DNA of 23,127 bases from Gemmatimonadales bacterium (GCA_039794085.1 JBDIWC010000053.1:1-23127); one strand, 5' to 3'; counted from the stretch's first letter, positions 9,163 through 17,725 are shown. Program-made: numbers and translations. Notes: a model not told the origin generated them from the sequence alone.

Positions 9163-10352
9163 ACCCCCGGTGGTCGGCAGCAGCAATTGCGGCCGCTGTT
9201 CTCGCAGCGTGTGAGACGCCTCCATACGGGGCCCAGGACTGGACCGTTCGCGACAGTGCCGGTGTCACCATTGTGACCAATCACCCGTTGGAACCTGCCC
9301 GGGGCTGCATTGAGATCGCGACCCCGGCGGAGGTGGTCATTCGCTCAGGTGACGGAACCAACCCGGGGTCCCTCCCGCCGCTGATCCAGGTTCGTGGAGG
9401 GACCCTGCTGCCGGACGGGCGGACGGTGGTTCTGGCGGCCGGCACATGGCAGATCCTCTTTTACGATGCGGAGGGCCGCTTCCAACATGCCGTCGGTCGC
9501 AATGGCCAGGGCCCGGGAGAGTTCATCAGGCCCACGTGGCTCGGTTCGGGGAGGGGGGATACGCTGTTCATCTGGGATGCCAGCCAGCGCCGACTGACCA
9601 TCCTGGATGGTACCGGGACGCTCCTGACGACACAGAAGGTGGACGGGGCAGCGGAGCATCCCGACATCGGGGGCAGGTTTGGGGATGGCTCTTTTCTCAT
9701 GCGTCCGGGTGGGGCGGCGTTCTTTCCCCGGACGTCTGACGTGGTTCGACTGGAAGAAACCTACGGAAGGCACGACCCTTCCACCGGGGTCACAACGCTT
9801 CTGGCCGCTGGCAAGTCACGGGAGATGGCTCTTAGTGAGACAAGTGGGCGCTATGGCCTGCCGTTCGGTAGAGCGACCGTGGTGGCGGCGAACCGGGACC
9901 ATTTGATTCTGGCGGACACCGGCGAACCCGAGCTTCGGTTCCACGACCTGAATGGACAGGTTCGCCGGATCGTTCGGTGGACTTCACCACCGATCCCGGT
10001 GACGGCACAGGACCGGACGGACTATGCGGTCCACTATGCCGCGGAGTCCCCTCGGTTCGCGCCTCCCCCCGATGCGGAGTTCGCACGGGAACGGCCACGG
10101 TTGACCTCGATCATCACCGACCACATGGGGTGGATCTGGGTAAAGAGGTACTCGGGCGGCTGGGAAGAACCACCACTCTGGCTCGTATTCGACGAACGAG
10201 GTGTCCTCCGGTGTGAGATCGAGCCGCCGGCCCGGTTGTTGGAGTTGGAGATCGGCGCCGACTACCTGCTCAGTCTGCAGCGCGATTCCACAGGGGAGGA
10301 GACCGTCATGCGCTGGGGGCTCCGGCGCAGGGTTGAGGCGGTGACGCGATAG
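9159..10352 (+). CDS. 6-bladed beta-propeller lipoprotein
   Basis: ATGA overlap with the upstream stop. Lipobox VLAAC; VRDSAGVTIVTN, GRNGQGPGEF, DTLFIWD and WLVFDERG. Confidence 0.85.
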   Translation: MNPRWSAAAIAAAVLAACETPPYGAQDWTVRDSAGVTIVTNHPLEPARGCIEIATPAEVVIRSGDGTNPGSLPPLIQVRGGTLLPDGRTVVLAAGTWQILFYDAEGRFQHAVGRNGQGPGEFIRPTWLGSGRGDTLFIWDASQRRLTILDGTGTLLTTQKVDGAAEHPDIGGRFGDGSFLMRPGGAAFFPRTSDVVRLEETYGRHDPSTGVTTLLAAGKSREMALSETSGRYGLPFGRATVVAANRDHLILADTGEPELRFHDLNGQVRRIVRWTSPPIPVTAQDRTDYAVHYAAESPRFAPPPDAEFARERPRLTSIITDHMGWIWVKRYSGGWEEPPLWLVFDERGVLRCEIEPPARLLELEIGADYLLSLQRDSTGEETVMRWGLRRRVEAVTR

Positions 10353-10355
10353 GCA

Positions 10356-11525
10356 TTACTCGCCGATCGGGGTACGAGCGAGGGGATTGGTTGTCTCAGC
10401 GTTCATGTGCTGGGACAAGAGCAAGGTCGTGTGGAGGACCAGGTCATCGTAGGTGGTATCCATGGAGCTGTAACTGCACATGTGATCAGGGAGGGTCCAA
10501 TGCTGTCGATGGTAAGGCTTCTCACCGCAATCGCACTCACTACGGCTGTCGGTTTCGGTGTAATCGCCGTGACACCCGATAAGGCCACCGCAGGTGATTG
10601 CGTATTCGTGGCCGCTGACTTCACGGGGCCGGGGGATGTGGCCTGCCTCAACTCCAGCTGCTATGCCGGGTGGTGTTGTCAGCTCTGTGATCCGATCGAG
10701 CCGTAGAGATGACCACGACTGTACTCGGGAGGGTATGGCCCGAGGTCCGTGTTCTCTCCTGCCACCGGTTGGATTCGGCTCCCGAGCCCGGAAACCTGGT
10801 GACCGGGGGGGCGACGGGGGTTCACCCGGGACGTCAACCCCAAGCCCGCGGAGGCAGGCGGCCTCGAGGACCCATTCCCATCCAGGATGCAGGTTGTAGA
10901 ATGACAGGCTCACGCCCAGGAGGGTGCGGACCAGCTCTCGGAGCCGGGCCTCGCTGGTGCCGGCGAGGTCGGCGAGTTGGGACACGAAGGGAGTGAGCCT
11001 CTCCTGCCGGGCGATCCGGACGACGCGCCGGAAGTCGGAGGCGTGGGCCTCGAACTCGGCCTGGACCTGGCGTTGGATGGTGCGATGGCTGCCGGAGTGA
11101 TTCGTGGAGGCTCCGGCGGGTGCCATGGCGGCCTGGAGGAGCGGGAGATGCTCGGGGTGGCCGAGCCGATGGGCGAGCCATTCGGCGAGCAGCGCGATGG
11201 TGGGGGTGGGTCGGGTATTGATGCTTTGGAGTACCACTTCAGGCGAAGGCAGGGAGGCCACGGTACGAGATATGACCGCCGTCTGGCCGTGGCGGGCGGT
11301 ATCGAAGAGCCGTACCCCGGCTTCGATTCGGGGAATGAGGTGCGGCGGGGCCACGATGGCGAGCGGTATCCAGGGCGGGAGTGTCTCCGCGTGGGTGGCC
11401 ACGAGCGGGAAGCACTCGATGTCTGTCAACTGACACGTCAGGATCCACCCGAAGTGGGGGGGCGGGCAGGAGGGAGCCCGGCGCCAGGTCCGGGTTCCGG
11501 GGAGGAGAAAGCTCGGATCGTCCAC
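10356..11525 (-). CDS. Degenerate AraC-like HTH regulator, copy 2; homology stops near 10853 and the rest is a probable run-on tail
   Basis: About 93% identical to copy 1 over 224 aa (manual count), same RBS and GTG start. Confidence 0.65.
   Translation of the reverse strand: MDDPSFLLPGTRTWRRAPSCPPPHFGWILTCQLTDIECFPLVATHAETLPPWIPLAIVAPPHLIPRIEAGVRLFDTARHGQTAVISRTVASLPSPEVVLQSINTRPTPTIALLAEWLAHRLGHPEHLPLLQAAMAPAGASTNHSGSHRTIQRQVQAEFEAHASDFRRVVRIARQERLTPFVSQLADLAGTSEARLRELVRTLLGVSLSFYNLHPGWEWVLEAACLRGLGVDVPGEPPSPPRSPGFRAREPNPTGGRREHGPRAIPSRVQSWSSLRLDRITELTTPPGIAAGVEAGHIPRPREVSGHEYAITCGGLIGCHGDYTETDSRSECDCGEKPYHRQHWTLPDHMCSYSSMDTTYDDLVLHTTLLLSQHMNAETTNPLARTPIGE
10500..10706 (+). CDS. Secreted Cys-rich peptide precursor 2 (31-aa signal + 37-aa six-Cys core)
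   Basis: AGGGAGG at 10488-10494 before ATG 10500 (ORF track starts at 10407). Signal ends ATA; core GDCVFVAADFTGPGDVACLNSSCYAGWCCQLCDPIEP. Confidence 0.88.
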   Translation: MLSMVRLLTAIALTTAVGFGVIAVTPDKATAGDCVFVAADFTGPGDVACLNSSCYAGWCCQLCDPIEP

Positions 11526-11763
11526 GCATCACCTCCATCATGACGTTGGAAGGCAAGGGTGACCAACCTCCCGGTGACGATTCGGGAGCTGTGTGGATGC
11601 ACATTGCCCGCGGTGATGAGCGACCTACCGCCAGGCGACAGAGCTGGCACACCATGGACTGGTGGGCGTATTGCCCGGGCCATATCATTCTCTGACAGGT
11701 TCCGGTCGGACGCAAGAAGGATGGAACGTCACACAACAGATCCCATTCCACAAGGAGGATTCC

Positions 11764-11967
11764 ATGCTTGGCAAGATCGTCCGTGTTCTCGGACTGGTGG
11801 GCGTTCTCATCAGTTCCGGTATCGCGCCCGCCACGTCGGCCGACGGGTTCATGTGGCAGCCGCAGGAAGTCGAGGCCCAGGCGGTCGAGATGGGTCTGTG
11901 CAAGCTCGTGAAGGATATTGAGGGCGTCTATCACTGCCATGAAGCCGGAGACGACTGCCACGCCTAA
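11764..11967 (+). CDS. Secreted small peptide precursor 3 (three Cys, EVEAQA motif)
   Basis: AAGGAGG at 11752-11758. MLGKIVRVLGLVGVLISSGIAPATSA-DGFMWQPQEVEAQAVEMGLCKLVKDIEGVYHCHEAGDDCHA; same position relative to regulator copy 2 as peptide 1 to copy 1. Confidence 0.82.
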   Translation: MLGKIVRVLGLVGVLISSGIAPATSADGFMWQPQEVEAQAVEMGLCKLVKDIEGVYHCHEAGDDCHA

Positions 11968-12038
11968 CTCCTGGATCTGATGGTGGAGAGTGGCCGGAAC
12001 CTGTCTCCCACCGCAACCGTCATACACAAGGAACAATC

Positions 12039-13184
12039 ATGCGACTGGAGCCCTTCGTCCGACTTGGCAGAGGCCGAAAATCACCAGTAGTCGCTTGGAA
12101 CGGCATAGCGGCTGGACTGGTTACGCTGAGCCTTGCGTGTACGGAAGGAGCTCCTGCCGGCTCGCCCTCCTCCATTCGAAAGATGGAAGCGTCTGAGATA
12201 ACCTCTCTGACACTTGTACGCCTGGACTCCTTGGTCTTGAGGACGCATGACGGCATGGTCCAAGGAATAAGCGATTTCGTCCGCTACGCGGAGGGCTTTG
12301 CGGTAGTGGATAGGTTTTCGAAGCATGTCCACCTCTTTGATACCGCTGGCAAGTATCGCCTGAGCTTCGGAGGCAATGGCGATGGCCCCGGGGAGTTTCG
12401 CGACCCAATGGGCGTGGCCATTGATGGAGCAGAGATCCTGGTCGTCGACCCAGGCCGGGGTCGGGCGATCAATACGTTTGACAGTCAAGGAGCTTTTGTT
12501 GCGGTCGAGCAGCTACCGATTCATCACGCACCCATCGCGCTGCACGCCGACGGGGGCAAGGTATACGTACTCGCCAACGGTGCTCATGATCCTGTCCAAC
12601 TGGCCCAAGAAGGTGACGAGACACTATGGGTGCTTGGCGAGGAACTCGAGGTCCTCGGGCGGGGATGCTCTCAGGATCCCCGATATGTCGAGAGCTTGAA
12701 GCGACGGGGCAGGATTGATCGTATAGAAGGTGGCTCAATCTCGGTGCAGGGGGGACGGATATTCTGTGCTCAAGTGATTTCACCAGTCATCGAGGTCATG
12801 GATACGACCGGTATCCCCCTTGGTACGGTTCGCGTGGCGCCCCCGTTCTACAAGACTCCCATCGATTCGCCATTCGTTGCCAACGATAAGGTGTTTTTTG
12901 GCTTTCTGTCGCAATGGACCAGTCACCGAAAGGTATTTGGACTCCGTGATGGCGCTGGATTTGTCTCGGTCTATGGTCAATTCGACGAAACGCGGAGCGG
13001 GTTTCGTTACTGGTTGTTCCGCTGTGGCCTGGACGCCGACCTTAGGGTCTCCGATTGCGCCAGCATCGCGCTCGCGAAAAAGCCTCTTCTGGTCACGCCC
13101 GATGGCGATGTGTACCTCGAGGAAGACACTGGACCGAGCGAGCCTCCGGTCGTTGGGCATTACGCGATGACAGTGGAGCGCTAA
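12039..13184 (+). CDS. 6-bladed (NHL-like) beta-propeller lipoprotein
   Basis: Lipobox LSLAC; HVHLFDTAGKYRLSFGGNGDGPGEFRDPMGVAIDG. Confidence 0.85.
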   Translation: MRLEPFVRLGRGRKSPVVAWNGIAAGLVTLSLACTEGAPAGSPSSIRKMEASEITSLTLVRLDSLVLRTHDGMVQGISDFVRYAEGFAVVDRFSKHVHLFDTAGKYRLSFGGNGDGPGEFRDPMGVAIDGAEILVVDPGRGRAINTFDSQGAFVAVEQLPIHHAPIALHADGGKVYVLANGAHDPVQLAQEGDETLWVLGEELEVLGRGCSQDPRYVESLKRRGRIDRIEGGSISVQGGRIFCAQVISPVIEVMDTTGIPLGTVRVAPPFYKTPIDSPFVANDKVFFGFLSQWTSHRKVFGLRDGAGFVSVYGQFDETRSGFRYWLFRCGLDADLRVSDCASIALAKKPLLVTPDGDVYLEEDTGPSEPPVVGHYAMTVER

Positions 13185-13187
13185 GCG

Positions 13188-13784
13188 ATGCCAAGAACAC
13201 TTATGGCTTTTGTTGCCACGGTTAGCATGGTGGCTTGTGGGACGACAGCGCGCCCTTCCCATCCTGGCGGCTCTCCCGGCGGCCTGTCGCGCGCCCTGTC
13301 AGAACATGGAGTGCGTCTGGGCCAAGTGGCACCAGCAGTGCGGATGGAATGTAGTGATGGCGTTAGCCGTAACGTCGGGGCGAAGGATACCTACCAACTC
13401 ATCACGTTCGCGACCAAGTCCGATTGTGCGATGTGCAATCGTCACCTCGCGTCACTCGACAGGGTCGAGTGGAACAATCTCCCTCCGGTGGATCGATTCA
13501 TCGTGTCTTGGAGCCCAATAGCATCCGATGTGAGGCACATCGCTTCGGCGGGACAGGGTACTCCTCTAGGGTTGCCACTGTGCCTCGATCGGGAGGGGGT
13601 TCTTTGGGATAGCCTCAATCTAAGTCATACGCCGTTCACGACGATTCTGGCAAATGGCGTGGTTGTGTATTTGGAGGATCGTGACCTGTCCCGTGTCGGG
13701 AGACTTGAGGAATTCGTGGGAGATTTGTCCAGTCTACTCGCAGTGCCCAAGGTCCAAGACGTTAAGGCGCCGGCCAATCATTGA
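13188..13784 (+). CDS. Thioredoxin/AhpC-TSA-like lipoprotein with DCxxC (SDCAMC)
   Basis: Lipobox MVAC; GQVAP, LITFATKSDCAMC, LCLDREG and TPFTTIL. Confidence 0.8.
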   Translation: MPRTLMAFVATVSMVACGTTARPSHPGGSPGGLSRALSEHGVRLGQVAPAVRMECSDGVSRNVGAKDTYQLITFATKSDCAMCNRHLASLDRVEWNNLPPVDRFIVSWSPIASDVRHIASAGQGTPLGLPLCLDREGVLWDSLNLSHTPFTTILANGVVVYLEDRDLSRVGRLEEFVGDLSSLLAVPKVQDVKAPANH

Positions 13785-14180
13785 TTGTGAAGCCGTCGGG
13801 TTGGCAGGCTGAACCTTGTTTCCTTGTTGGCCTTGCACCTGCCCTTCTGAAGGGCCAAGGGCCAAGGGCCGGTGTCGCGTGGTGCGTCGATGCATCGGCT
13901 CCACACCGCCGCTCTTTTCAGGATCGTTGGGTATGGCAGTGCTGAGGGACAGGAGCCACAGCCTTTAGCGCCAGTTGTCACCATCATGACCAACGGGGAG
14001 GCCGAAACCTTAGGCCCCGGGCAACGCTCCCGCGGCCCTTATGCGATGCAACGGGCTGTGTGATCAAATACACCGAACAGTGGATGGCGCGTTGGCTGTC
14101 GCAAAATGCGGGGTCTCGGAACTGGTGACCCTTACCTCCGACCTCAGGATCACAGCCCATCTCGGGCGTGGCGGCAGCGA

Positions 14181-14312
14181 TCCCGGGGAGGGGAAGTCGG
14201 GTTGTCCACCTGTCACTTCCACCACCACACTGAAAGGCAGGCGATCAACCTCCTGGTGCCGGGGCCGCGAGGCACGCCGCGGTGATGCGAGCGGCCTGTC
14301 GCCTGGCGTCAG
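14181..14312 (-). pseudogene. Relic third copy of the regulator 5' end plus the divergent intergenic region
   Basis: CCGGGGAGGGGAAGTCGGGTTGTCCAC, GAAAGGCAGGCGATCAACCTCCTGGTG and CCGCGGTGATGCGAGCGGCCTGTCGCCTGGCGTCAG align colinearly with about 11497-11641. GTG at 14209 is followed by a frameshift. Confidence 0.7.
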
Positions 14313-14520
14313 TCAGGTTCACGGATCCGTTTTCCGTCCTGATGCTGGCTGCAGGGTGATCCATGGTGGCGAGCAGGCCAAGTCCGGGTGTATCCGACGC
14401 CGGTTGCGACAAAGGGGTATGTGTTGCCTTGCGGGTCCTCCTGCGTCTCACCTGATACATTGGATACTGAACCGGGGGTGGTTTTCGCCCTCTGTTGTTC
14501 ACTCTACCGTGTCTTGTCCC

Positions 14521-15720
14521 ATGATGAAACAGGCCGGCCACCACATCCGAAGGACTTGGGCCCTCACCGGAATCGCGGCGGTCGGGGCAATGCTCCCGGT
14601 GTCGGCTCAGGCCCAGGTGCCGGGTCCCATCCTGAGCGGGGTCGTGGTGGACACTCTCGGCCTCCCGCTGGCCCTGGCTGAGATCATCGCGGTGCGAGCC
14701 GGAGACACCACCCGGTACGTGGCGCGGGCGGGTGCCCGGGGTGGGTTTGTAATCACCGGCCCCGGGTCGGGGGAATACGCCGTCACGGTGCGGCGGATCG
14801 GGTACCAGCCGATACAGGTGACCCTCTCCCTCCGGTTGGCGGAACCCTACTGGATCCGGTTTGAGATGGTGCCGCAGCCCCAGCAGCTCCCCGATGTGCT
14901 GGTGGAGGCAACTCCCGAGAGGGGACGCCGGGGGCCGCTGCTGAGCGGGCTGGTGGTGGACGATGCGCGGGAGCCGGTGCCGTTCGCCGAAATCGTGGTG
15001 AGCGGATTCATGCCCAAGACCCGGGGGCCGTGGCAGGTGCAGACCGATGCCCGGGGACGATTCCGGTTCCCCGAGGTGAAGCCGGGGCAGTATGCGGTGA
15101 CGGTGCGGCGGATCGGGTATGTGCCGATCCGGGCCTCCTTGTCGCTGAAGGAGACGCCGCGGGCCATCGAGTTCGTGATGGCGACGTGGCCGGCGGAGCT
15201 GCCGGAGCTGAAGGTGGTGGCGCGGCGAAACAACCTCCTGCGCGGGGTGAGGCGGGCGTCAGCATACTTCGGGAAGTTCCTCACCCGGGACGACATCGAG
15301 GCGGCGGCCCCGAAGACGCTCGGCGATTTCATGACGCGCTACCTCCCGAGCGTGCCACCGGGCGGGTTCTCCATCCCGAACATCCCCCACGGGATGCTCC
15401 CTCCACTCGGCGGGCTGGCTCGCACCAATTCATCGGGACCGCGGCCGCGCTTGAACGCTGGCGCAAAGCGGGCCGCTTTCCTGGGCCCAGGGTGTCCGCC
15501 GGTGATCTCGATCAATGGGGCGCCGGCCCAGGCGGGGTGGGCCATCAACGACTTCGATCCGCAACAGATCGAGGCACTCGAGGTGTACCGGCGGCGGGAC
15601 CGGCCCGCTCCCTGGGAGTTCCAGGAGGATCTGGTCTTTTTGCGGAGCTGCGGCTCGCTCGTGGTGGTGTGGCTCAAGGACCGCGCCACGGCGGTGACCA
15701 CGGAAGAGTCGTCGGGGTGA
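14521..15720 (+). CDS. Carboxypeptidase regulatory-like x2 + plug-like domain protein (copy 2)
   Basis: Same length (1200 nt) and near-identical mature sequence to 1444-2643; start chosen by alignment with copy 1. Confidence 0.85.
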   Translation: MMKQAGHHIRRTWALTGIAAVGAMLPVSAQAQVPGPILSGVVVDTLGLPLALAEIIAVRAGDTTRYVARAGARGGFVITGPGSGEYAVTVRRIGYQPIQVTLSLRLAEPYWIRFEMVPQPQQLPDVLVEATPERGRRGPLLSGLVVDDAREPVPFAEIVVSGFMPKTRGPWQVQTDARGRFRFPEVKPGQYAVTVRRIGYVPIRASLSLKETPRAIEFVMATWPAELPELKVVARRNNLLRGVRRASAYFGKFLTRDDIEAAAPKTLGDFMTRYLPSVPPGGFSIPNIPHGMLPPLGGLARTNSSGPRPRLNAGAKRAAFLGPGCPPVISINGAPAQAGWAINDFDPQQIEALEVYRRRDRPAPWEFQEDLVFLRSCGSLVVVWLKDRATAVTTEESSG

Positions 15721-15722
15721 GG

Positions 15723-16250
15723 TAGAACGTAGAACATAGGACGTAGGACAGAGGACTTAGTCCCTTACAGACCAGATGGAACACAAAACGGCAACAATAT
15801 TGTTGCCGACGGCTGAAAACCCACACCGGCGGCCCGTGGGCCGCCGCGGGTTGGGAGGGAAGGCAGTGTACGGGCCGTTCGCGAACGGCCCGTACACGCC
15901 GGCAGCTCAGCCCAGGGGCCGTTCACGAACGGCCCGTACACGTCGGCAGATTGGGCAAGGGTCGTTCACGAATGGGGATAGGCCCAGCGAAACAGTGACC
16001 CAAGTTCGTGAACCGCTTTGGTTCCGGCTCTGTCGGCTTGGGGGAACTCTGATCAATTGACGGGATAACCAATGCCCGTCATTCCCGCGCAAGCGGGCAT
16101 CCATTCTCCTCCTCAACCCCTCGTCGACATGGATCCCCGCGTTCGCGAGGATGACGAATCAGAGATTCCCGATGTCCTACTGTCCTATTGTCCTACGTCC
16201 TCTGTCCTCTGTCCTCCGTTCTCTCTTCTCTCTCCTCTCCCCTCTCTCCT
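15723..16250. repeat. Composite intergenic repeat region: inverted heptamer arrays enclosing two REP-like families
   Basis: TAG(A/G)AC(G/A) array 15723-15760; perfect 32-bp palindrome 15866-15897 with copies at 15916-15941 and about 15958; inverted pair 16078-16103 / 16130-16155; (T/C)GTCCT(A/C) array drifting to CT-rich units at 16173-16250. Confidence 0.85.
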
Positions 16251-16804
16251 AAAAATGCGTCGACATCTGGAACACCACGTTCCGCCCCTGATCGACGGCG
16301 AACCGCTTGAACCGGCTCATGAAGTTGGTGTAGGTCTTGTCGAACAGATTTCTCACGCTCACATCCACGTGCACCTCGGCATTGCCCACGCCGCCGACCG
16401 CTCCCGCGCCGAGTGACGCCAGGGTATAGCCGTCCGGGGCAAAGTCTTCGGGGTCGAGCCGGGTCTGACGCCGGTTGGTCTCGCCTCCCAGATCGAGATA
16501 GAGATCCCGCACGGAACGGCCCTGCTGCGCTGCCTCCAGCCGGACCCCGTAGGTGACGCGGAGCGGGGGCATGAAGGGTAGGGGTTGATCCCGGGACGTG
16601 TCCTCCCCGCGCACGAAGTCGCTGCCGCCCCGGAAGTGCAGCCAGGAGGTGGGGTGATACTCGGCCGCCGCTTCGAATCCGATCAGGGTGGCATCGGTCT
16701 GCGCGATGTTGAAGATCTCGAGATTGGATTCCGGATCGAAGGTTCCGGTCGGGTCCGGAAAGATGAAGTCGTTGATGCGGTTCACGAAGCCGCCCAGTTC
16801 GGCC
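16249..16804 (-). pseudogene. Duplicated 3' fragment of the TonB-dependent receptor
   Basis: Near-identical to 17831-18386 (offset 1582); lacks signal, plug and most of the barrel. Confidence 0.9.
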
Positions 16805-17028
16805 AGGGCTAGTTCGATCTAGTTCCGATCGGTGAGCATGATCCCCGACGCCCCTCGGCGCTGCTGCATGCCGGTCATTTCGGGCATGTCGATGTTCGAG
16901 AACGGTCACGTCGGGCCGGACTGCGTCCCAGGTGGTGAGGTATTCCCGGCCGTTGGTGGCTTGGTGGACCTCGTGGCCCAGATGCGAAAGTGGCCCGCCA
17001 TGAGTCGGAGCATGTTCGGGTCATCGTC
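16805..17028 (-). pseudogene. Decayed duplicate of the receiver-domain gene
   Basis: Aligns with 20660-20898 with an internal deletion, a +1 insertion (GATGTTCGAG vs GATGTCGAG) and loss of both ends. Confidence 0.85.
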
Positions 17029-17170
17029 CGTTCGCGAAAGCTGGACGGCACTGGCGGTTTTCGCCGGAAGCGGTGGAGTGCAGGGCAAAGTCCTCCACAG
17101 CACGGCGCACCAGAGGTATGTCGAAATGGCTGATTACGCCACGGCGTGAGCCATATCGGCAGGTGCGAGT

Positions 17171-17186
17171 GGGCACACCAGATGCA
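17171..17186 (+). promoter_or_regulatory. Sigma54-type -24/-12 promoter (duplicate of the hsp20 promoter)
   Basis: GGGCAC-ACCAG-ATGCA, GG-N10-GC spacing; identical to 21102-21117. Confidence 0.55.
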
Positions 17187-17296
17187 TAACACGGGCGCAG
17201 AGGAGACATGGACGTCCCCGATTTTCAACGCCAACGTACCACACAGGCGGAATGACCATGCTGGTGAACGTTTGTCCAATCTTGAAGTCGGTGTCC

Positions 17297-17725
17297 ATGC
17301 GATCGAGTCGTTTTCTGCTTCCCTTCCTCCTTCTCCTCGGGATCGGCTGTGGTGGTGATGGGGATCCGGTGGGACCTCCCGGGAGCCGCACCTTTCAGTT
17401 CGTCATGCGCCATCGGCCCGAACTGACCTTCCGTGCGGTCACGTCCGATCCTGAGGTGATCTCAGATGTCGAGGCCCAACTCGTGCTCCCCGCCGGCGAA
17501 CGAACCATGCATCTCAACGGGGCGATCGCGCGGGGGAATGGGGGCCACAACGCTCCCTGGAGCTGGCACTTCTCGCCAGGGCAGTGGACCCTGGAGGAAG
17601 TCAGCGCCGAAGTGTGTGACGGGAGCCCGGATTGGCTCGAGGAAAATCTCGAGGAATTTCTTGCCCAACTGGACTTCTACTGCCCTTGGGATGCGATCGT
17701 GGACCGGGAGGTGAGTGGAACGTAG
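17297..17725 (+). CDS. BP74-related lipoprotein
   Basis: Lipobox LLGIGC after MRSSRFLLPFLL; GAIARGNGGHNAPWSWH, AEVCDGSP and YCPW motifs. The in-frame upstream ATGs (17252/17258) derive from the duplicated hsp20 start. Confidence 0.75.
   Translation: MRSSRFLLPFLLLLGIGCGGDGDPVGPPGSRTFQFVMRHRPELTFRAVTSDPEVISDVEAQLVLPAGERTMHLNGAIARGNGGHNAPWSWHFSPGQWTLEEVSAEVCDGSPDWLEENLEEFLAQLDFYCPWDAIVDREVSGT

Noticed and set aside
7053..11967. Classical RiPP cluster (lanthipeptide, ranthipeptide/SCIFF, thiopeptide)
   Set aside because: No radical SAM, LanB/C/M, YcaO or peptidase-ABC transporter; precursors have Sec-type signals rather than double-glycine leaders.
13785..14180. Short ORFs after cassette B (13778-13993, 13872-14063) as a fourth peptide
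   Set aside because: No clear RBS, signal peptide or Cys pattern like peptides 1-3.
6100..14400. Integron, prophage or transposon origin of the island
   Set aside because: No integrase, transposase, attC-like sites, tRNA or phage genes are visible in the window.
14041..14520. 160-aa N-terminal extension of plug protein copy 2
   Set aside because: Copy 1 alignment puts the start near 14521; the extension crosses the regulator relic and the conserved promoter-like motif.
15866..15980. Possible CRISPR array
   Set aside because: Only 2-3 decaying palindromes with short irregular spacers and no cas genes; fits REP-like repeats.
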